DNA from: a virus
DNA length: 64,000 bases
Reading direction: 5' to 3' (one strand)
IMG/VR virus record: IMGVR_UViG_3300049491_001102
Coordinates: 32,001 to 96,000 of that record
Shown here: piece after piece, positions 27,901 to 35,820 of the stretch
Position numbering within the stretch: the first letter of the stretch is position 1
Layout of the letters: each line of letters begins with the position of its first letter
Made by a program: the position numbers and the translations under genes
The notes under the pieces: generated by a model
What the model was told of the DNA's origin: nothing
The model's database searches: none
Seen by the model: only the letters and a program-made list of their open reading frames with translations

Positions 27901-29668
27901 TGTATTGGCGCCAGTCCGTACCATCCGTAACTTCACCTTGGAGGGTGGACGTGTTGAAATACGTCGACCCAATCGGCAACGAGTTAGCTGCAGGTCGTGC
28001 ACCCGTTGTTCCAAACAGTGGCGTGTATGCGAAAATCTTCCAACCGGTGTTAACCGTGTTGGTTGTTTTCACATAGACCATCAAACGCTCGTTCGCCGCC
28101 GCGTAGTCAAGGCACAAGGACCCCTTGTCCGCTGCGAGCACACCTTCTGGGGTGCCATTGTTGGAGTAGAAGCGCACGTTCCCCGACGTGCCAATCTTCA
28201 ACCCACCATTTTGAGCGATCATCGTCGCCCATTGGTCAGACGACGTTGCTTTGGCCGAAAAGACATCAGTAGCGCCAAAAGCTACGCGGAACAGATCAGC
28301 GGAGAACTCAATCAACTGGTCCGAAATTTCCCATGCATCGGTGGTCGCCAATGTGGCAGCCGGCTGCGTGGATTTTATGGTCAGGAGTTGCGTTGCGTGC
28401 ACCGCTTTGGTGACATGGTTCGCAAACGAGCAACCGATGAGCTTCAACGCTTCCGACTTTGCACACCAAATCCCGTAGCTGTTCGCATCGAACACCACGG
28501 TGTCGCAGGTCAAGTTCATCAACGAGTCGAGAACATCGTTGTCCGTAAAAATACCGCGGGAGTTCCCCGCGATGCGGCAATTCGAAACGCGGTTAGCGAG
28601 TGAAGCTACAGCCGCAAACGTGATGCGCTGGAACTGAACACCACCGCCGGTGAGCGCACCAACGTTTCCGTTGTTCAGGATTTCCGAGTCGAGAAGTTCA
28701 ATGTTGTGCGAGTCGTTGAAGATCAAGCCTGTAGGGAAATCTGAAACTTTGCACGATTGAAACGAGGTCAACGTGTTGTCGAGCGATGGTGACCCCGCAA
28801 TCCTTCCCCGGTACCCCACTGCGGTGCCGGTGTTTTGGCCCCCACCTTTGAGTGCGAGCGCACGGAAATATGTGCCCGCCATGGTGGTGCTGGGCGACAC
28901 ATAGGAGAGAAAGTCCCCCGTGGTCTTTGCGTACCGCAAGATCGACACGGCCGAGCCGGCGCCAACAAAGGCTTCGGTACCCGACAATGTGAGCTCGTTC
29001 GAATACCACTCACCCGGTGGAATGAAGATCGGCAAGCCAGTCGAATTGCTCGCCGCGATTGCGGCTTGAATGGCAATCGTGTTGGCTGTGGCATAGCTGC
29101 CAGACCCTGCCACAGCGCCGAACTTGCGAATGTCGATGATGACCGCGTTGGCGCCACCGACCGCCATGACAAGCTCGTGCCACGACCGAAACCAACCCGT
29201 GTAATCGTAAGTTCCGATTGTTCCGGGGCTCCCGGCGACGAATTCATTATCTTCTGATGCTGCAACAAAAGCAGGACCTGAATTGATAAGAGAGGCTAAA
29301 GGATCAGCCACCTCGTTAAATGCCGGTATGGCTAATCCTGCCGGTGTGCGAACACGGAATAGTCTGGTCGTTACCTCGGACTCATCAGGCAATCCAACAT
29401 TTGTAACGAGACGAATACGGTACGTTCCGGGGCATCCGGCGGTCGGTGTAAACGTCCATACTAATGGATTTCCTGTTACTGCAAGAGTTGGAACAGCGGT
29501 TGTGTCACCGATAGGAATCCAAAGCAAAGAAAACGTTGCAGTGGTTGCGCCAGGATTTGTTGCGGTCAAAGTGACCACAGCACCAGTAGCCAGACCATCA
29601 GATCGCGTCCGGCCGTTTGTTCCGGCAGGAAGGCCAACCTGGTCAATTCGCATTTCCGCAACTGCCAT
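24935..29668 (-). CDS. Large tail fibre/tailspike with pectate-lyase-like beta-helix
   Basis: IDIRKFGAV...NTIAIQAAIAA...IFIPPGEW start of a right-handed beta-helix; multi-module fibre; follows baseplate J. Confidence 0.8.
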   Translation of the reverse strand: MAVAEMRIDQVGLPAGTNGRTRSDGLATGAVVTLTATNPGATTATFSLLWIPIGDTTAVPTLAVTGNPLVWTFTPTAGCPGTYRIRLVTNVGLPDESEVTTRLFRVRTPAGLAIPAFNEVADPLASLINSGPAFVAASEDNEFVAGSPGTIGTYDYTGWFRSWHELVMAVGGANAVIIDIRKFGAVAGSGSYATANTIAIQAAIAASNSTGLPIFIPPGEWYSNELTLSGTEAFVGAGSAVSILRYAKTTGDFLSYVSPSTTMAGTYFRALALKGGGQNTGTAVGYRGRIAGSPSLDNTLTSFQSCKVSDFPTGLIFNDSHNIELLDSEILNNGNVGALTGGGVQFQRITFAAVASLANRVSNCRIAGNSRGIFTDNDVLDSLMNLTCDTVVFDANSYGIWCAKSEALKLIGCSFANHVTKAVHATQLLTIKSTQPAATLATTDAWEISDQLIEFSADLFRVAFGATDVFSAKATSSDQWATMIAQNGGLKIGTSGNVRFYSNNGTPEGVLAADKGSLCLDYAAANERLMVYVKTTNTVNTGWKIFAYTPLFGTTGARPAANSLPIGSTYFNTSTLQGEVTDGTDWRQYNGQLLTSGLLASIPAASIDGARYWATDMNQLMLNDGGTYRTLWSVQEYVFFTNAGSYTFPSPRGGRVVNTNDGSISTFTINLPSVSASLQDGDECEIESAGQITDITFSSSINFNYRPEFIRRNSTIRFRYIKSIDTWMLMLASSPFDVQVIQDTGLISGGVVTIDAITSRFDVSAGFGQIVDHTLNPPSIQPISWGMANSQTLSGLATNAQTWIGIDTASSIVQQATPFTLAQRRVIVPLAKISHVNNTSIDNITPVTQLAYNKGFDLASFFEIFGPVNLSGNVWSANGANLQLNKTAGSSWLAGANYSTAREYPSITTDASATAASFRYVYRNPSSPSGYTITAAATSIAPGSWDNGSGTLQSVAAAEWTTQWIYLVPGGINPEYRVVYGQKIYTTKAAAIAGIAADTFAVPTILSGAVLCARLVLIGNATALNNTAQAEFYPAGKFGSQLAGGGAGAAGEFNTMSNVGAGVGLYHQKTGVDFELRTLAGLGGLTIANPGSFPANTLVNLDATALLPRDGSRAMTAELDMGAFALKRLGYNLISPATITATQHDYTATDFDKADIIRFSFTGSQAFTGFLATGLLTTRKILINTDASDSFTINNNNGGSATANQVLCPGGTDLVVGPGGAVLLSYDSTSTKWRAFPLMGEVNTTSNAGASGTGIALAKNGFDLPFAKILGTNGIGESLASNILSISGIALLPLDGSRTMTGTLALGGNRIAGQGQYTITPTALAAQADNYTPTDWSIADVIRQAATGAQTITGFGALSSTAGTILKLFINVGSSIITLANEVTSSGINRILCPNSQDLAVAPNEAVILLYDIASSRWRATPSNWIRTFNQLSDVPSSKAGSAGMAPFVNAGATALAYKGIPGTFCFSVPANYNSGAGVSAAPRQTIAPAVTNWVPATMRARLNTAAGANLTIDIKANGTSIISGSLPIITSGNTTITANLVTTPLVAGDIISVETIGSDTVWAGLEIEAYGSLRIT
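25409..26518 (-). repeat. Diverged tandem duplication (~189 aa unit) in the tail fibre
   Basis: GEFNTMSNVG...LLPRDGSRAMT...ADIIR...VLCPGGTDL...YDSTSTKWRA versus GEVNTTSNAG...LLPLDGSRTMT...ADVIR...ILCPNSQDL...YDIASSRWRA; unit starts 26518 and 25951 (567 nt apart). Confidence 0.85.
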
Positions 29669-29703
29669 GCCCGGAATGTACCAGGCTTCATGGCCGCGAG
29701 CGA

Positions 29704-31221
29704 CTACATCGGAAGACCTGTTTCACCATCCGTCAACGTTACAGTGCCCAAAACAGGGAACTCAAAGAGTTGCAACTGCAAATCTTCGTGTTCTCCATTC
29801 AGCATGTAATGATGAGGCGAGTCGCCGATTTTGAGCACACCAGTTGATGACTTGATGATATCAGCGATCAACGGGCCTAATAGTGGTATCTCCAAAGACG
29901 GACTTCCATCTGATTTTAAGTCCGCAAAGCCAAACCCAATCTTTGTGTTTGGAGTCCCATCCGGGTTTTTTAATGCGAAGTACGAGTCAAGTGTAGTCCG
30001 AATGGCGTTGCCAACGATAGACGCGATTGTTCCGTATCGACGGAATATCGTGGCATCCACGTTAACTATCTTGTAGACGGGGTCTTCAACGCTTAGCCGA
30101 AATGTGATGGTATGCTTCTTCGTAACAGATACAGCCGTGTAAACAGCATCTTTTAGCGTTTGAGTTGGCAGTCCACCACCATCGGGTACGATGTATAAAA
30201 ACCCGCGATTCTCCGCAACCCCAGGCGCCTGGTCGGACGTCAGCATCAATGCGCGAGCAACCCCAGGAACAAGCTCAGCCTCGATCTCATAATCCTCGCG
30301 CGCGACTACCCGATCGGAAACCCGCAAAGACCTGGGCGCTTGCTCCTTGATTTGCGCCACGGACATGCGGTCTTCGCCGCCGCTCGCTTGCAGTGGATTG
30401 TTAACGCTGACCTGAACGGGGCTCCCCAGCACGTCGGTGAACGTGCCGGGGATGACTTTGATGGTGTTGGCGTCCACGTTCCCCGCCGCACCGCCGCCAA
30501 TCTTGTACCGAGCCACGATGGTGCCCGCAGGAATTTGCCCATTAACGCCATCGCCGAATACAACGCGTGCACGATCGTTTTGGTCCACCACGATGTAGAA
30601 ATCCCGATCGATCGCCGACGAATCCAAGAGGTTGTCCACCTCGGTATATGCGCCGTTGGCTGCCGTGAGGATGATCGAGCCGTCAAGGTAGGGGATCCCC
30701 GCTAGGAAGAATGACTGGTCCGCTAAATTGCTGGAAACGAACGCTTCGTCGTAGTTGGTGGAGTTCTCGACATCCACCATGGCTTGAGGCGGATTAGTGC
30801 CGCCGGGGATCGTCACGTCCGTCAAAATCTGAAACGTCACTGGGTCGGTGACGTCCTGCGTGCGCACAACTTGCTCTGCGGGAATGATGACGTCGTTAAC
30901 TGGAACATCCGCGAGCGTGAGTGTGACCGTTGCTGAAGCTGCGGCCGCACCAGGTACAGAGAAACCAAGCATCTTTGCTAATGCAAGAACGTTGGATCTC
31001 ATTCTCGCATCTGTAAGGCGCGACTCAGCAGCTTGATTATCCATGTAGAAGGATAAAATATCCCCTACGTAGCTCATCAAGCCTTTCAGGATGTTACCGA
31101 AATTGGCAACTGTGTCATTGGACCAATCTGGGAACACACTCTGCGTCAGCAAAGTTAGCCGTGCATAAATGGAGTCATAATCCTTGTCAGTGTAATCAAG
31201 GTTCTGGGGTAAAACTGTCAT
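29704..31221 (-). CDS. Baseplate J/gp47 (T4 gp6-like) wedge protein
   Basis: DYTDKDYDSI...FPDWS...FYMDNQAAE; FGDGVNGQIP; GGAAGNV; ASGGED; RVVAREDYE. Confidence 0.92.
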   Translation of the reverse strand: MTVLPQNLDYTDKDYDSIYARLTLLTQSVFPDWSNDTVANFGNILKGLMSYVGDILSFYMDNQAAESRLTDARMRSNVLALAKMLGFSVPGAAAASATVTLTLADVPVNDVIIPAEQVVRTQDVTDPVTFQILTDVTIPGGTNPPQAMVDVENSTNYDEAFVSSNLADQSFFLAGIPYLDGSIILTAANGAYTEVDNLLDSSAIDRDFYIVVDQNDRARVVFGDGVNGQIPAGTIVARYKIGGGAAGNVDANTIKVIPGTFTDVLGSPVQVSVNNPLQASGGEDRMSVAQIKEQAPRSLRVSDRVVAREDYEIEAELVPGVARALMLTSDQAPGVAENRGFLYIVPDGGGLPTQTLKDAVYTAVSVTKKHTITFRLSVEDPVYKIVNVDATIFRRYGTIASIVGNAIRTTLDSYFALKNPDGTPNTKIGFGFADLKSDGSPSLEIPLLGPLIADIIKSSTGVLKIGDSPHHYMLNGEHEDLQLQLFEFPVLGTVTLTDGETGLPM

Positions 31222-32033
31222 TGGATTGTTCCACTTACGTTAGAGACGATTACACCGCCATCTTTGGCATTAAGCACGTCGTACGTCAGATGTATCTGCA
31301 ATGCATAGCGACCATCCGCATCGAGAGCATATTCGCACTTTGCCGTGAGAATTTTCACCCGCGGCTCATAGTTTCGCAGGGCATCAACAACACGAAGACG
31401 GGCGAGCGCAAGGGTGGCTTCGGTTGCCGGCGCATGCCGAATGCGATCTAAAAGCGAGCCGAACTCTGGCATCCACTCCAACTCGCCGTATCCCTGGCCC
31501 GAACTGCAAATGGTCCCCAGGATTTGTCGAATATTGGCGCCAATTAGCCGGGTTCCTCCCGCATGAGCAAAGTCCCCTTTGCCATCGCGACCGAAGGGCA
31601 AAAGCAAACCCTCGCGCAACTCTTGGGCGACAACCGATGAGCCTATCGTTGCGCCGCGCAGGCTTGATTCGGGAAACGATGTCAGGGGTTTTTGGCCCGC
31701 GAAGGTTGACCATTTCAGGTCCTGCTCGACGATATTCACCCCCGCATCGATCGCCAACACGCGGAGCATCGGAGCTTCCGGCCATTTGCCTGCGCGGAGA
31801 ACTCGAAACCGGTATCCGTTGGTGATTGCGGAAAGCGTGGAGTTTGCCAAGTAGCGCGCCGCAAAAGCGCTGCCGTCGTAAACGACTTCTTGATCTCCAG
31901 ACGAGTAAATTGCGTTTACTGCAATACGAACAAGGTTGTTGTCCGCGTCTGTTACAGAGAACTGTAAAATAGTGTTCTCTGAGACAGCACTGTCAACATT
32001 CGGCAGTACGTCGTCTACGACTGGAAAAGCCAT
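31218..32033 (-). CDS. gp25/GPW-like baseplate protein with N-terminal extension
   Basis: IRQILGT...GELEWMPEFGSLL...ALRNYEPRV. Confidence 0.85.
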   Translation of the reverse strand: MAFPVVDDVLPNVDSAVSENTILQFSVTDADNNLVRIAVNAIYSSGDQEVVYDGSAFAARYLANSTLSAITNGYRFRVLRAGKWPEAPMLRVLAIDAGVNIVEQDLKWSTFAGQKPLTSFPESSLRGATIGSSVVAQELREGLLLPFGRDGKGDFAHAGGTRLIGANIRQILGTICSSGQGYGELEWMPEFGSLLDRIRHAPATEATLALARLRVVDALRNYEPRVKILTAKCEYALDADGRYALQIHLTYDVLNAKDGGVIVSNVSGTIQ

Positions 32034-32770
32034 TAGCACTCGTTAGAAGCTTTAGGCAGCTTCGGTATTGGGATAGTAATGACCGACGCCAAAAAAGACA
32101 AGAAATCCGATAGTTCCCGCATGTAAGCTAAAAAGCCCTCTGATAAATTTGGAGTTGAGAACGATGGTATGCAGGGCAACCCCAGCAGTTTTAAGAAAGC
32201 ATTGATGAGATTGATAAGTTGCTCGATGGGAGCAACTTGCTTTCCCTTGTGTGCAAGCTCTATTTCCAGATTTTTCTGCGCACAATCAATGATGACAGCG
32301 ATGTCCACGTTGTACTTGGCCGCCCGATTCGTCGCCAGTCTAATCCGTAATTGGTACTCAATCATCGCAGTTAAGTCTTCAATGAATCCTTGAAGGAATG
32401 CAATCATTGCTAGCACGAAATCGCGAATCATTAAGGGCAATGACAACTGTGGTATTAGCTTTATTAGAGCATCAACTGCTTGTGCCAAGTCTGGGATACA
32501 TGCAGCTATTTTTGACGGATTTAGCGTTGCAACTGCTTTTATGCAGTCAAACACTGCTATAACCGCATCAATTATGTTGAACACCGGCTGAAGCGGTGCC
32601 AAAGCCGTATTGAGTTGGCCGATCAACGCGGCAACGAGCTGCGTTTGTGGAATCGGTACGGGCGATGGAATGGACGCGCAGATCTCCACACCACCTGGCA
32701 TGGTGATGCACAACCCATCCGGCGTTGCTATGGATGGAACGCAGGTTTGTGTGAATCCAAATATAGGCAT
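32033..32770 (-). CDS. Hydrophobic helical protein following the spike
   Basis: Amphipathic/hydrophobic helices, 8 Cys; coupled to the spike gene. Confidence 0.6.
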   Translation of the reverse strand: MPIFGFTQTCVPSIATPDGLCITMPGGVEICASIPSPVPIPQTQLVAALIGQLNTALAPLQPVFNIIDAVIAVFDCIKAVATLNPSKIAACIPDLAQAVDALIKLIPQLSLPLMIRDFVLAMIAFLQGFIEDLTAMIEYQLRIRLATNRAAKYNVDIAVIIDCAQKNLEIELAHKGKQVAPIEQLINLINAFLKLLGLPCIPSFSTPNLSEGFLAYMRELSDFLSFLASVITIPIPKLPKASNEC

Positions 32771-33369
32771 TAGATCGCCGCCTTTGTCGCTTGAGAAACA
32801 ACACGCCCGTTAATTTCTACGAGCGGCGCTTTTATCGATATTTTGGCTGAAGACTGGATTGAGACACCACCAATTCCAGACAGGGATACAACAGCTTGTT
32901 CACGGTCAAGTTCAATCATCAACGCCTCTCCCTCTAAGTCTTCACCCATCTCTTTGGCATTTATAAACATCCGTCTTTTCCCTGGTCGCTCGTCCACGAC
33001 AATATGGAACTCTTTTGTCTCCCAAACCTTAACTTGTAGCGATGCTGCTATCTTACCTTCAGGTGTCGTGGCCTCCTCGCGTGCCTTTTGAACTGCCGTA
33101 GGATGCTCACCACGCCCCCAATGCCCGGTGAAGTACCGTGGCTTGTCGGGGTCACCGCCCAAGAACATCACGTAAACCTCAGCTTGGATTTCAGGCACGT
33201 CCCAGATTCCACGCTGTGCAGTTCCTCCGCCTGGTGATCCTACGGGGTAGGCCCAATCGCTACCCTCTTCCGGCAAAAGATTCGGAACACACACTCGAAC
33301 GCGGCCAAGACCTTCAGGGTCTTTGTTATCGACCACGTACCCTTCCCATAAGCCAAGGTACTCGCTCAT
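32770..33369 (-). CDS. Baseplate spike (gpV/gp5 OB-fold)
   Basis: GYVVDNKDPEGLGRVRVCVP...SDWA...VPEIQAEVYVMFLGGDPDKP. Confidence 0.9.
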   Translation of the reverse strand: MSEYLGLWEGYVVDNKDPEGLGRVRVCVPNLLPEEGSDWAYPVGSPGGGTAQRGIWDVPEIQAEVYVMFLGGDPDKPRYFTGHWGRGEHPTAVQKAREEATTPEGKIAASLQVKVWETKEFHIVVDERPGKRRMFINAKEMGEDLEGEALMIELDREQAVVSLSGIGGVSIQSSAKISIKAPLVEINGRVVSQATKAAI

Positions 33370-34940
33370 TTTGCTCTCGTCTGGGTAATTTCGCCGTCGA
33401 AGTATCCGCGGCCGTCATAAGCTGACGTGAAGTTGGTGCGGACTTCCAGCGTCTCTTCGTCGATGTAGAGACGCTGATCTAGCTCATTCGGATCAGCAAC
33501 GTCTTTGTCATTCGGCCGGCCTTGCGCTGCATTGTCTGGGTCCAAACATGGACTGAGAAGTGCGTAAGATTGTGTCAATGATTTCTCGGCTGTGAGCGCT
33601 GGAACGTTGGTTGATAATCCCATTTTCTGGAATCTCTTCAACGCGTGAACGACGGCAAATGTCTTGTTCATGGCATTCCTGACGTTCACTGGATTGTTAG
33701 AGCTAACAGCTTCTCGAATAGACTTTGTTACAGTTGTAACAGATTTTTGGAGCTCCGCATGTGGGATACTTTTTGCGGCGGATTCCGCATCGTCTAAGAA
33801 AGCGTACACACTTGTGTCCATCGTACACTTTTTTGGCGTTGACTTCCGGAATCCATCCGTCGCAACTTTTACTGTCATATCGTAACCGGAAGTGAGCTCG
33901 TGTGTTACCTCTTTGACGTAGTATTTCCCGGATATTCTTGTTCCAAGCCCGCTAACCTTAACTACTGTTTTAGCCAGAAGAATTGGGTTTCCAATACAAT
34001 TCAATGTCATTTTTACGGCACTTAGTGTCGTAAGTCGAAACTTCTTCGTCGCCTCCGTCTGGACAGCACCAGGCGTTTGCTCCGAACTTGGCATTGACTC
34101 ATCCTGCGGAATACCACCGAGTGGTACGTCTTTTTGTGTAACAGCAAGCGTTTCCTCGTCAATGTCCAGACGAAACTCAGTTAAAGCTTTCTCCGGTTGA
34201 AGAATGCTTCGATTTCCGTCTGTATCATTGTCAGCCTTTCCCTCGATTGTGACTTTCTCCAGAGGATCCCGTGACTTCGTCTTAATGCGACCAGGCATCC
34301 GCGTAATGTCATTTTCAATGTTGTACGTGTATATAGAGCCTTTATCTTTGTCCGTAAAATAAACTAGCTCTAGAATAGGAGCTTGCTGCAAATCACGCGT
34401 ATGCCAGTGCAAGCCATCGAAACTCACCCAGAATGAACATCCTTGGAGATCCGCCAACTTTCGCAACATCATGGCATCGGTGATGTTGTGTTGCGTTATC
34501 TGACCGAAAACTTCGGATGTATCCTCAATAATAGCTGTTGGACCAGAATAACCGTATCTCTCTGCAATCTCACGTACAACTTCAGACCGTGTTTTATTCC
34601 TATACGCTTTACGAACCTTCTTTGTGTCCATCAGCACAGATTTGGCGTTAGCCTCAACTGTTACTTGGTCACCACCAGAAACTTTGCGTATTACGCATTC
34701 ATACGTTGGTGACATTACGCCATCAGTGTACCCAAAAGAAAACTGGATTATGTTACCGTGGGCAACTAATGGGTTGTCATAAATAACAGCCTCGTAATTG
34801 TCCATTACAAGCGTAAGCTTGTCAGCTTTGGCTTCTGAATCAATAAAAGACAAGCTCAGAACACTGTCTGACATGTCAACGAAATCAGAGTTGCTGCCAC
34901 TCTTCTTAAATTTTACGACCCATCGAGGGGCTTGATTCAT
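33366..34940 (-). CDS. Baseplate hub / late control D (gp27-like)
   Basis: DSEAKADKLTL, SEVVREIAERYG, QHNITDAMMLRKLA, IGNPILLAKTVVKVSGLGTRISGKYYVKEVTH. Confidence 0.88.
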   Translation of the reverse strand: MNQAPRWVVKFKKSGSNSDFVDMSDSVLSLSFIDSEAKADKLTLVMDNYEAVIYDNPLVAHGNIIQFSFGYTDGVMSPTYECVIRKVSGGDQVTVEANAKSVLMDTKKVRKAYRNKTRSEVVREIAERYGYSGPTAIIEDTSEVFGQITQHNITDAMMLRKLADLQGCSFWVSFDGLHWHTRDLQQAPILELVYFTDKDKGSIYTYNIENDITRMPGRIKTKSRDPLEKVTIEGKADNDTDGNRSILQPEKALTEFRLDIDEETLAVTQKDVPLGGIPQDESMPSSEQTPGAVQTEATKKFRLTTLSAVKMTLNCIGNPILLAKTVVKVSGLGTRISGKYYVKEVTHELTSGYDMTVKVATDGFRKSTPKKCTMDTSVYAFLDDAESAAKSIPHAELQKSVTTVTKSIREAVSSNNPVNVRNAMNKTFAVVHALKRFQKMGLSTNVPALTAEKSLTQSYALLSPCLDPDNAAQGRPNDKDVADPNELDQRLYIDEETLEVRTNFTSAYDGRGYFDGEITQTRAK

Positions 34941-35302
34941 AACCCCAGTCTAGCGCGTTCGCTGGGATTCAGAATAGTCCCCAATACCGTATCAAGAGCC
35001 GGAATAACCACAGACGAGCCAGGTATGAGTGCGATTGTAGGATCGTGCACCGGGTCAGGTTGAAAATCAGCAATGACCCACCATAGTTGTGCGGCTGAAA
35101 ATGCGCCAACCTTCGTCAGGCCAGCATAATACTTGGATGCTAACCGATGAAACGTATCTCCAACAACTACGATATGAATGATGTTGTTGTCCAATTTCTT
35201 GTATGGGAACCGAACACGGTCAGTCAAAATCGTAGTGGAGTCGGTTCGACCAGACGACAACATAGTTGTAGTTGTATGCCTGCTATACAAACGAGGGGGC
35301 AT
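34937..35302 (-). CDS. LysM-like/tail X (gp53-like) baseplate protein
   Basis: HIVVVGDTFHRLASKYY...LWWVIADF...LIPGSSVVIP. Confidence 0.85.
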   Translation of the reverse strand: MPPRLYSRHTTTTMLSSGRTDSTTILTDRVRFPYKKLDNNIIHIVVVGDTFHRLASKYYAGLTKVGAFSAAQLWWVIADFQPDPVHDPTIALIPGSSVVIPALDTVLGTILNPSERARLGL

Positions 35303-35820
35303 TATCGGTTACCATTTCGTAAGAAGCCTTGTTGAATCTGGTCCTCATACGTCCAGCGGAAGTCACGACACTCCTCAATCGTGCAGGACACGACTTGCTG
35401 AACAGCAGCCAAATCACGCTGTCTGAAGCGTACGAATCGTGTGTTTATCGTCGTCACACGAGTGGTGAGCGATAGCGTATTCGGCCAAATAAACAGTAGC
35501 CGAGGCGGTGACCCAGTTCGAACCGAGTTCGCGCTCTTAAACGGGTACAAAAATCCATGAATGAAATTTAAGAACTTCAGGTTGAAATCATGATTTTCAG
35601 CAGTTTGTGTCAACAAAAAGAACTCAAGATTTATGACAGGGTTATCCGTCCCGCTATACTGCAAGTTGGCGTGTGGATGTCCAATAGGCCGCTTTCGTTC
35701 GTAGGCGGCCGCAACTTGCGTTTCAAATTCTGTGGGGTTGAAAAACGGCGACATCTCTTTCGCCGTCTCCACGCACATGCACACGCACTTCGTGATCACT
35801 CGATTGGGTGTGAGGCTCAT
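35302..35820 (-). CDS. Tail tube initiator (CIS tube-like) protein
   Basis: FNPTEF...LQYSGT...PPRLLFIW pattern; follows the tape measure. Confidence 0.75.
   Translation of the reverse strand: MSLTPNRVITKCVCMCVETAKEMSPFFNPTEFETQVAAAYERKRPIGHPHANLQYSGTDNPVINLEFFLLTQTAENHDFNLKFLNFIHGFLYPFKSANSVRTGSPPRLLFIWPNTLSLTTRVTTINTRFVRFRQRDLAAVQQVVSCTIEECRDFRWTYEDQIQQGFLRNGNR

Noticed and set aside
16721-29668. Diversity-generating retroelement or invertible fibre cassette
   Set aside because: No reverse transcriptase or invertase in the window; the fibre duplication is diverged at all positions, not adenine-specific
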